Below, piece after piece: positions 1 through 9,398 of a stretch of 64,000 bases of DNA. The notes beneath the pieces were generated by a model, which had not been told where the DNA came from, did no database searches, and was given only the letters and a program-made list of their open reading frames with translations. The stretch comes from Perkinsela sp. CCAP 1560/9 (taxonomy: Eukaryota > Protista > Euglenozoa: Kinetoplastea). A program made the translations under genes and the position numbers. How positions within the stretch are numbered: position 1 is the stretch's first letter; every line of letters starts with the position of its first letter. The DNA is taken from positions 806,001 to 870,000 of the forward strand of contig CBFFSA010000006.1 in assembly GCA_965644495.1 (NCBI GenBank), read 5' to 3'.

Positions 1-194
1 AAAATTTGATTCAGCAATACAGCCAAATCCTTTACCCGAGAACAATAGTCAAACATATGATACTCAAGCTGTACTGACTCTCCAATTTGAACTTTCTTCA
101 TCAACATATGCGACAGTTGCCCTTCGAGAATTTTTCTTGCTTTGCAGTCTAGCTCCTTGGGCTGATCGAAAGGTTTCCCAGACGCTAGCGGCAT
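1..194 (-). CDS. 5' part of a minus-strand protein-coding gene, unknown product (runs off the window edge)
   Basis: Manual translation from ATG at 194: MPLASGKPFDQPKELDCKARKILEGQLSHMLMKKVQIGESVQLEYHMFDYCSRVKDLAVLLNQI, with no stop before base 1. Absent from the ORF track because it has no stop in the window. Confidence 0.55.
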   Translation of the reverse strand, partial: MPLASGKPFDQPKELDCKARKILEGQLSHMLMKKVQIGESVQLEYHMFDYCSRVKDLAVLLNQI

Positions 195-1104
195 GATTCT
201 TACAGATGAACGATCATGGCCTTTTATGATACTGCTCCCCCCTCCATTAATTTCTAAACCCCTCCCCCGCGCGCAAGAGTTAACCTTCCTCTCTATAGTT
301 ATTATTCTCATTTTTTTATTATTCACAATTGTTTCATTTTAGGCTAAAAACTTTTTATTTTTCAAACTTCATGCCGGGACTGGCGAGACGTTTCACTGAA
401 ATAGATAATAAACCATGTTCCAAGATAGTATACCCATGTCCACTTAGTATATCTACTCCCTTCAACACAACAGAAGCGGATGACGTCCCGTTCTAGAAGC
501 GACAGTGCAGCATTTCTAGCAATAACAGGCAAAGCACCTTAATTGAAGGCCAAGGCACCATTTTTCTAGCAAGTATACTGTAGAGAAGGAACGCACCGCG
601 AAGCGGCGCAAAAATTTTGGTTTTGCCTTTTAGACAAAGTTTAGTATACCGTACCCACTTACTGTGACCCCCCCCCTTTATACTTCGCCGGTCAGACCCC
701 CGCCCTTTATACTTCGTTACTGCTCAAAATGGGCGAAGTACCGTCACCCCCCCTCACTTGTCCCGACGAAAAGGCCAAAAAAGCGGAAAAGGCGGAAAAG
801 GCGCGTGGTAGGACAAGTCACGTAGCACCACGAGGAGGTCTCGACCTTACTTCCCCGTTTCGGTTTTGTGCCCAACTTTCAGAGGAAGTTGAGATTTTTT
901 ACAGAAACGGTAACTTTATCGTTTGAGCAGCTTTCCGAATATAACGAAAACGTTACTCCAGTAGTCCAACCAGATTTCGACGTAGTGCTGGTACATTTAC
1001 TTTTCACGCTGGCTTTCTTGATTTCTTGTGCAATGGGTCCAACCTCTGATTGCGCGCTCCATATTAGGTGAGGTGCCACTCACACACTGAGAGGGTTGAA
1101 ACCT

Positions 1105-1475
1105 ATGAAAGGCAAAACCCGCATATTCCTCATTGACGTGGCGGAGAAAAGTACTTTGTCAAAAATAGTGAAGAACATACTTGGTCTCCATCGTGCGCTG
1201 CAAAACTTATTCTCGGGCTCGATCTTTCGGCTACACACACCACACCGCCACGTACTGAAGGCTCGTGGCTCTTTTTCACACGGTATCCCCGCCTTATTGG
1301 CTAAGTCGAACAGGTATTTCACCAAACTATTGTGTTTTGTTGTGGCATTAAAACCGTAGCATTGTACGCATCCAGGTATGTGGTGTAAAGCAGATTGACT
1401 GTTCAGTAGTGTTTTGCACCCAGGGCATAAAAGCTTCTCAGATAAACGAGGATGGGCTATTCCTAAACGCGTCAT
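1105..1475 (-). pseudogene. C-terminal fragment of an RLE-type non-LTR retrotransposon (CRE/SLACS/R2-like)
   Basis: CPGC-x11-H-x3-C zinc knuckle followed by KHNSLVKYLFDLANKAGIPCEKEP, matching the RHN...AG...EP motif that precedes restriction-like endonucleases. Confidence 0.65.
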
Positions 1476-1487
1476 AATGGCCAGTTA

Positions 1488-1590
1488 CCTATAATAGTTT
1501 GAGAGTTTGGGACCTAGACTAGCTTTCTACGTCGTCGTTTACACAAGATACCCCTTCTTGAAGCCGTACACGTCTCCCAAAATGACGCCC
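1488..1590 (-). repeat. Inverted partial copy of repeat R1
   Basis: Reverse complement reads CGTAGAAAGCTAGTCTAGGTCCCAAACTCTCAAA, matching 57870-57903 and ~8378-8415. Confidence 0.7.
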
Positions 1591-1639
1591 CAAAAAATAG
1601 GTGTCCTGGCAAAACTTGGCAAAACCCGGCAAAACTTAA

Positions 1640-3977
1640 CAGGTTTCAACCCTCTGATAATGCATAAAATTCACACAATGATAATGCATAAAACTCGCAC
1701 ACTGATAATGCATAAAACTCATAGTCTAACTAGTATTTTAGTACGTACTATGAGATACTACTTTGGTGAGTGCATATTCTTGGAAAATAAGTTTCGCCGT
1801 AGTTGCCCCAATCTTTTTGCTTTGTATAATACGCTGATTTAATTTTATCTTTGGGTTACAGTGGTATACAAATCATATCATTCTTGTCTACTTAGAATAT
1901 TGCATTTTATTAAACACGACTTTCCCTTCATATGAGAGATAACACAGCGGAACACGTTTCCACACCCGTTCCGGAAAACACTCGCCGACGGGCCTCTGCT
2001 AAAAATCATAGAGAGCGAGCCGCAATGGTTACAGCGCGGATAGAGGAAGCACCTACCCAGGTAGCTATAAATGCCTCAATCACTCTTCAAAACGATGAGA
2101 GCACACCGCCCAAGAAAAGGAAAAGTAATGGCGGTAACTATCCTTGGTCCTGTGGGAGCCTTCATCGCCAACGACACTTGGTGTACGAGAGGTGTGACCT
2201 AAGTTCGTAACGATTGTGCCTTGATTGGGCACGCAAAAACGTCTCCGGAATCCGAAACGATGCGATGGGACACATACAGCACATTCGCTGTAATCTTTGT
2301 GGCTGGGTGTCCCACAGCAAGGGAGAAAATGTGTGTTACAAGCACTACAAGGAGTGCTGCTCGAAATCTCAAGACTTGAGTGAAGACTGCGGAGACAACG
2401 AACCCAAAGTCTTTAGAAGAGTATATCTCCGAAGCCCTTCCATATTTTGCCGCACAAAGTAATCTATCTACCGAGGGGTTCCTGGGTTGTGTTCGACTCC
2501 TGTTTGAGGAGATCCCTGCTGATGTCTCACCTTCAGAAGTTGCTTGCATTCTTCCTTCTCCTCGCGAGTTTCACCTTAGCGAGCGTCGGATTGCCGATAT
2601 GATTTGGGATGATATTCGGCGCAGCATTGACGGAGCGAAATTCTTTGGGTTGACGGTAGACGGGGGGGTTGACAAAGTTTTAAATGAGCACGTACTTATC
2701 GCAATCTTGTACGTCGTGGACCGGAACTTCCTTCTCCCTCCGATTTACCATCCGAAACACAAGTCATTCAATGGAGTTGAAATGGCGCAATCCTTGATGG
2801 AAGTTCTTCGCTCTTGCCTATCGGATGCTCGTCTTTCCAAACTTCGATATATAATGGCGGATGGGGCTCCCGTAAACAACGTCGTAAGACGTGAAATAGA
2901 GTCTAGCATGGCAAATATCCACCACTCCCTTGTTTCTGCAGAAGAAGAAATATATTCACGCATTCGTCCTATAGGAAGCACGGACCGGGAAAACATCATA
3001 CTTGGTGTGCACAAACAGAATCCCCACGTCGCTTTATTACCTTGTTTTGGCCATCTGTTCCATAACATTGCAAAAGATGCGATGCAGCACTATGCGGATG
3101 AACCCATCATGAACGTGAGAACTTATTTGTCAAGAATATTTTATGGGGGAGATCGTGTGGGTGCAAAAAAAGGGAAATATTTTGGCAGAGCTCTTGAAGA
3201 TATCATTTCTACGTTCGACGAAGAGACTCAGAACGCTGAGTCATATTTTAAATCTTTCTATCGCTCTGTGGATAGCGAAAAGCTCGACAAGCAAGGTCGC
3301 AAGGACACGATAATCAGGATGAAAGAGGCTCTACAAACGCTTACTAAGGTTTCATTGAAGGCAGGTGATGTACTTAACGAACTCGAGCAAGCTACTTCTT
3401 TGGAGGATCAATGTGAGGTAATGCGTACAAAAGTCTCCAGTGTGGTAAAATCTATTACTCACTCCCACGAAGTACGGGCTGTGACGTCTCCCAAACTCGG
3501 TGGGGTCACACGCTGGATCTCCGACAAGTTTGAGAGTATAAAGTTCCTATCAGAGCAGATGCCCACTGTCGCATCCTTTATTAAGAGTGAACTAGAAGGT
3601 CTCCGAGCTCCCCAATCTGTTCACGACCTCGCTGAAATATTTGCCAAACATCCTTTGAATGATCTAATAGGAACGGGAACACCTATTTTTGATTTTACTC
3701 GAGAGGAGTGGGACGCATATACGACTTGCCAAGATTACGAGTGGACTTGTGGTATGAGCGATGTTCAGTGGTGGCACGAAATTGGGTCCAAGCGTTTCTC
3801 CACGATTTATGAAGCGGCATTGCATTATTTATGGCTCCCCCCTCTCGTAACGGCGTGCACTCTGATCGCACACTGATAATGCGTATAGGCACACTGATAA
3901 TGCATATAGGCACACTAATAATGCATAAAAACTCGCACAATGATAATGCATAAAACTCGCACACTGATAATGCATAT
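1640..3977 (+). mobile_element. Defective hAT DNA transposon
   Basis: Left end CAGGTTTCAACCCTCT; an inverted copy at 1090-1104 is probably the right end of another copy. CACACTGATAATGCATAAAACTCG subterminal arrays at 1654-1720 and 3869-3977 flank a transposase. Confidence 0.75.
1932..3876 (+). pseudogene. hAT transposase with in-frame stop, frameshift and C-terminal truncation
   Basis: BED-like CNLC...H...C (2214-2462 frame), then LTVDG, MADGA, PCFGH (CxxH), TRW and WW...F..IYEAALHYLWLPP of the hAT dimerisation region. It ends before the ERxFS catalytic Glu. Confidence 0.8.
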
Positions 3978-3984
3978 TTTGTGC

Positions 3985-5045
3985 AAGCCCTTCGAAAACA
4001 AATTGAGCCCTTCAAAAAAAATTGAGACCCTCCAAAAAAATTGAGCCCCTAAAAAAATTGAAGAAAGGCCCTTCAAAAAAAATTGTAAATTTAGAAAAAA
4101 ATGCGGAAGCCAAGACCTTGTTTGCCCGTCTGGAAGACAAAAACTTCTGACGTTACACTCAACACAATTATTTGTGTAACAAAAAACAGGAAAACAAAAA
4201 TTTGTGAATTTTTTAACGTGCAACTTTTTTAAAAATGTAAATTTTATTTTAATTTTTTTTTTGCTCAAATCCTAAAATTAAAACTGTTTTTTAACCTAAA
4301 CGAGAGTCCTGGTTAGCATACCTGTGAGCTCGTACCATACCGGAGGGGGTATGGTATCGTACACAGGGTCGATAGCATATCCCCCCTTGTTTTTAGCAGT
4401 TCCCCCTGGTTCTCTTCAGCAGTTCTGAATGGTTGTGCCTAAATCCTTTTTTGATTGTGTTTAATTTTCTTTTCAAACGCAATATTTTATTAATACTTAC
4501 TACACGTCCGAATATACACACACAGTACATTACTATTCATACCGAATTACCCTCATACCATTACTATTCCAAATCTGTCTGTGAATGGTCTGTCTTACCA
4601 GCGACCGTCCGGAGCAATCCGGAGTGATTTGGATTGGATTGGATTTATCCATACCGCCTACATTTTCCTCAACAAAAAAGATCTCCACAAATATTTGTGC
4701 AACAGAAATTTGTGAATCTTTTATTGTGCAACAATTTCAAAAGTTGCACAATAAAACATTCACAAATTTTTTGCGAACGCTGTATTGGGAAGCAATTTGC
4801 GAAGCCCAAAAATTCCACCATACCCAACCCGTAATAAAGCCAAGACCTTGTTTACCCGTCTGCAAGACAAAAATGTCCGACGTTAGTGGGAAGCAATTTG
4901 CGAAGCCCAACTTTTCCGCCATACCCAACCCCTAGCAAAGCCAAGACCTTGTTTACCCGTCTGTAAGATAAACGAGAGGCCGAACGCACGGAGGGGCCGG
5001 CCGGGCCAATGAACCTAGATCTTGTTTACCCGTCTGCGACATAAA
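3985..5045. repeat. Repeat tract: short GAGCCC(T)..AAAAAAATT tandem units plus a dispersed GCCAAGACCTTGTTT(A/G)CCCGTCTG motif
   Basis: Motif copies at ~4108, ~4839, ~4940 and ~5015 (degenerate). GGGAAGCAATTTGCGAAGCCCAA is duplicated at ~4787 and ~4888. Confidence 0.6.
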
Positions 5046-5305
5046 CCGGCTAATAATTTCACCTTTGTTCCCGGTGAGGCCCCGGAGTTGCGAGAGGCCT
5101 CCATACTCCACAACTACCACCTTCCCCCCTATTTAGCCTCGAAATACGAAAAATAAATTTTGAAAAATGACCAAGGGCAAAGGACTACCACGTGACATAT
5201 CCGCCGTCAAATTCTGGAAAGCGGATATGTCAAATGGTAGGACAAGTGAGGGTGGGGTGACGGTATAAAGGTGGGGTCACAGTATACCGTACCTATTTAA
5301 ACCAC

Positions 5306-6234
5306 TCTGGATTGTCATACTCAGTGCACCACCCTTTTGTCATACTCAGTGCACCAAAGATACCCAAAAAATCAACCCTTCTGAAACGTCGACATTTTGT
5401 CATACTCAGTGCACCAAGAAAAAGCAATGGGCATGTCACCGCGTACGAACGTGTGTGCTACTGCTGCATAACACCTGAGATTGTAAAAGTATAAAAAAGT
5501 GCACTTAAAAGTATAAATGTGTTGCGTAGTGTTAATTTGAATAATATAGTGTTAATTTGAAAAATATAGTGTTAATTTGAATAATGTAGTGTAATTTGAA
5601 TAATCTGAATAATATAGCGTTATTGAATAATATACGGTCCAACTTATCCTTCTTCTCCAACTTATCCTTCTGCTTTTAACTTGTCTTTACCTACTTCAAA
5701 GCAGGAATAACTCTCGAAATTTCTGAGGAATCTCCCAGTTGAGACATTTTCGAGGTCGATTATTCAGCTTGTAGGGGCGCTTTCCTCTAATGCGTAGAGC
5801 CTTGTGTACACTACCGCCTGCATCCTTATCCCGTCGGACGAAATGATAAATCGTGGAAGTAGACGGGGAACCCTGTGAACCAACGATTAATGTATGGGCC
5901 ACTTGTTCTGGGCTATGAAATTTTTTGATCCGAGCTTTAACTTTTGCTTCGACGGCTCCACGAATAATCTGAGGCCTCGTCCCTTTTTTACTCAGGCGAA
6001 TTCGCACGGCCAGCCAAGTAATACTTGCCCCTTTTCTTGTTTCGTACCAACTCTCGGCAAACAGTGCTGTGAGATTTTTTTATAGAACGGGCATATAAAG
6101 TGCGAGTTTCGATTAGAAAGAAAAGCTACTAATTATGATAAAATATGTACCTCTTGGTGCACTGAGTATGACAATCCTATAAATTGTGGTCCACTGAGTA
6201 TGACAATTTGGTGCACTGACATTGACAATGCACC
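5306..6234 (-). mobile_element. IS30-family-like element, internally deleted and non-autonomous, with 3-bp TSD CAC
   Basis: Three TTGTCATACTCAGTGCACC copies at the left end (5312-5417) and three inverted copies at the right end (6156-6232). CAC at 5303-5305 and 6235-6237. Contains IS30 transposase remnants. Confidence 0.8.
5696..6092 (-). pseudogene. IS30-family transposase remnant: N-terminal HTH and second HTH fused to the C-terminal tail, DDE core deleted
   Basis: Upstream frame ARSIKKSHSTVCRELVRNKKRGKYYLAGRA (IS30 HTH, STIxRELxRN..Y.A..A). After a frameshift, FHSPEQVAHTL..STSTIYHFVRRDKDAGGSVHKALRIRGKRPY joins directly to LNNRPRKCLNWEIP (IS30 C-terminal LNxRPRKxLxW). Confidence 0.85.
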
Positions 6235-7951
6235 CACAGTCCGGTTTAACATTCCTGTAGCCAGAACCTCGTTGTACATTTTGCTAGCCCTTCCTTTCTT
6301 TTCCAGGAAATGGGCATATTCTTACTTTTAAATGCCCGTTTCCGGCTGACGGCTAGCTGGAATTGTCCGTCTTTGTCGCGGAAGTAGGGGACGCGCTTCG
6401 GACTTTTCACTCCTCCCGGCTCGCTCTCTTCGAGTGAGCTTTCTTCCCTCCCCGGCTCTCTCCTTCTCGTGCTTTCTTCTCCCGGGAGCTATGCGCCATG
6501 GTGGCCTCCCTTGAGGACCACTGGGTGTGCTACAGCGGGAGGACACGTTGTATGTGTGTATAGGGGATGCGAACTTGCACCCCTCTCTCCCTACATGCTG
6601 TAGCGAGTGCGGTGGTAACGGACCTCTCCATGATGCATCATGATCCACGATAGACCATCTGACAGCATGAACCCACGGCTTGACCGTGTTGCAGCATGAA
6701 CCATGGCTATATGTGCTGTAGCATGACCGATGGGCGACTCGTCTCCTACCTCGCACCCCACTCTCTGTGCGACACCCGTCGTATGCGGGTCATGCGCCGA
6801 TGGTATCGGCCGTCACACAGAGAGACGTATCTCTGCGCCTCGAGCGTATGATGGACAAACTAGCCAGATAACATTCCGGGGGGGAATGTTATGATGTCCC
6901 ATGCGTTTTTTAACATCCCCCCCCCCGAAAAACCCCCTTGTCCCCCCGTGGCTTACAGTTTCACCCACTCTACCGACGAAGAGCCACCACGGGAGATTCT
7001 CAAGTCCTACAGAGTCCTCCAGGTTTTCGGTACGCATGTACGCTGACGGAGTACTTTAAGAAAGTTCAAGAACGCCAAGAAAGTGAAGCAAAAGAAGTCG
7101 AAGCAATGGGCGAAGAGGGAGATACTGAATAAATGAAGTTATTTTTCCGTTCAAAAAAATATCTTGAAAATTTAACATTCCTGTAGCTACTTAACATTCC
7201 TCCCCGGAATGTTAAACCGGACTGTGGTTTAGTATACCTAACTATTAGGTACTAACTAACTACTAGGTACTAACTAACTAGTATACAGAGGACTGTAGTA
7301 TAGTATATAGAGGACACTGTAGTATAGTATAGTATACTATCCTGGAACATGGTTTATTTTTTTTACATCTTGAGGCACATAGTGAGGGAGTGCAGGGCGC
7401 AAATTATTCCGCAAGCCCGCTATTTTGAGGGCTTCGGTTGGCGGCATTTGGTAGCACTGGATGGCAGTATGTAGTTCTGGGTAAATAAGTTTACACATAT
7501 TCCTTAGAAAAATTGAAATCAGTGGGATTTGGGCTAAACAAATGCCGATTTTCGGGTGAAAATGTGATCATTTTTTGGCCACCTATTTTCGCCCTTAAAG
7601 CACTAAATCTGAACTTTTCGTATTTCTTTGGAGTCTATATGGCTGCAAGTCAGTTTTCGCCATGATTGCTACCGACCCGAAGAACTATCGCATTTGGGTA
7701 GGAGGTCGATGGTTCTACACTCGAGGAACTGCAAAGTATGGGGGCGTGACTATGGTGTATCAAATATTATGTGATCCGGGCTACTCTTTAACCCTTGTTC
7801 AAATTCATGCCGCGGAATATGTTGTATAATGCAAGAAGTTCAATTGCTATGAGCGAGTAGACTTATCGACTATTTTCTAAAAACGGATACTTCGACTTCA
7901 GGCTACACTGCCCACTAATATTACTGCTCCTCCTCTCATTAACTCTATCCT

Positions 7952-9345
7952 TTTTAGGCTCTTCGTTAAACGCGGTGGTTGTTTTCAACTTAGAAGTCAC
8001 TCATGCTGCGCGCTTCGCGTTGAAAACTACCACCGCGTTTAACGAAGAGCCTAAAAGAGAAAGATTGGCCAGAAAAGCTGAAGAAAAACGGAAAGCCAAA
8101 AATAGCCGATTTTCTGGTAAAAATGGGGTGATTTTTGCGTATTTTTGCTCTCAGAGCACTAAATCCGACATTTGCGTGTGGGAAATCACTCGTAGGGATG
8201 AAGCAAAGCTTACCGAACGTATTGGGTAGAGAATGCGACTCCAACCACACCATTCTTTCGACACAAAAAGGCCCCTTGGGGTCCGAAAAATACTTTTTCA
8301 ACTTTTTTAGTCAAAAATGGGTCATTTTGAGTGGCGCACCACGGCTCGAACAATGGATATCTTGCGAAAACAACGGTGTGGAAAGCTACTGTAGTATAGG
8401 GCCCAAACTATAAAAATACAATAGGGCAAAGGATTTTGAAAAAACAATGCCATTTATTTATGAAAGGGCGAGCAATATCCGAGTAAATCCGCCCCCCCCC
8501 CTTTACATATCGACAAAGAGAAGTTGTTACACCCCCTCTCACAAATAATGATAATAATATTTTTTCTTAGATTATCATTACATGTATTATTTATGAGCGT
8601 AATAAGGGGAGATCAGGAATAACATACATCTGTGTAGTATGATACTTTGTCTACGAAGGGAAAAAACAAGACAGGATTAAAGAGATCACAGAAAACTCTC
8701 GACCTGACATGGAGGAGTTACGATACAATTTTTTTTTTTTAATTTTTGAGTAATTTTCACAGTCCGAGGTGAAAATCTTTTTTTTCAATTATCATTATAA
8801 ATGAAAGGGGGTGTAGTAGAGGGGCCGCAAGAACACTAAATTAGGTCAAAAGAGACATTTTTCCTCCAAAAGTTAATCATCAAGTTTTTTAACTGGAAAA
8901 GTCATTTTTCATCTAAAGAACAAGAAAAGAAATATATAAGATCTCTCTCATCTTGTTAAATACGTTAAGGAGAAGCGCAGGTTGTTAAGTGTTCATTACC
9001 GTGCGTGGTATTATTACGGGACGGTTCAATTACGGGACGGTTCAATTACGTGACGGATAATTAAGCGACAATATGGGGGTGGGGTCATCCACCCCCATAT
9101 TGAGGGGTGGAGCCAAATTACAGTTCCCTCATTGAGATGGAGCAAAAGTACAGTTTCCTCAGGGCGTTCCCTTTTTTTGTTTAAGGCCTGGCAACAAGGT
9201 GAATTTTTAGCCCCCTTTTATATTTTTTTCTTCCACTATAAATTTATTACTGTATTTTCTTTTTTTTTCTTTATTTTCACTGTTTTTGTTCACTTTGTTT
9301 TCAATAATCGAGGGAAGAGCGGTAGTTATACAAACACCGCAATCA
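7952..9345 (+). repeat. Repeat R1 copy 1: hairpin-ended dispersed element, interrupted by insertions at ~8445-9200
   Basis: ~105-bp palindrome at 7952-8056. Body 8057-8440 and tail 9205-9345 align by eye with 57446-57930 and 58210-58333. Confidence 0.8.
8530..8813. mobile_element. TA-flanked MITE
   Basis: TA|CACCCCCTCTCACAAATAATGATAAT ... ATTATCATTATAAATGAAAGGGGGTG|TA. Confidence 0.7.
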
Positions 9346-9398
9346 TTTTTATATTCGTCTTTACAATTATACAAATTTTCTTTTTTTAGCAACCTAAG

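Larger units (their letters stand above)
741..5263. mobile_element. TA-flanked TIR element (A2, Tc1/mariner/pogo-type ends) carrying nested insertions
   Basis: TA|CCGTCACCCCCCTCACTTGTCC at 741 and GGACAAGTGAGGGTGGGGTGACGG|TA ending at 5263. Subterminal GGTAGGACAAGT at ~808 and ~5236. Confidence 0.7.
662..5282. mobile_element. Tiny TA-flanked MITE (A1) whose right TIR is split by element A2
   Basis: Left TA|CTGTGACCCCCCCCCTTTATACTTCGCC. Right GGGCGAAGTA[A2]TAAAGGTGGGGTCACAG|TA. Removing A2 restores the inverted repeat. Confidence 0.7.
5300..7229. mobile_element. TA-flanked TIR element (B), host of the IS30-like insertion
   Basis: Right end GGAATGTTAAACCGGACTGTGGTT|TA. The left end is reconstructed as TA|AACCAC-AGTCCGGTTTAACATTCC after removing 5306-6234 and one CAC. 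Internal TTAACATTCCTGTAGC repeats. Confidence 0.7.

Noticed and set aside
1654-3977. CACACTGATAATGCATA arrays as a CRISPR array
   Set aside because: The units are adjacent with no unique spacers, there are no cas genes, and they are hAT subterminal repeats.
5306-6234. Bacterial contamination or a chimeric contig as the source of the IS30 sequence
   Set aside because: The element interrupts a TIR with a TSD and has no bacterial flanking genes. Read-level confirmation is still needed.
6328-6756. 142-aa minus-strand ORF inside element B
   Set aside because: Arg-rich, no motif, non-ATG start, in a GC-rich TE interior.
407-7357. AATAAACCATGTTCC(A/G)..ATAGTATA inverted pair (~407-432 and ~7332-7357) as the TIRs of one 7-kb element
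   Set aside because: No TSD is evident, and the pair could equally be outward-facing ends of two separate copies; left unresolved.
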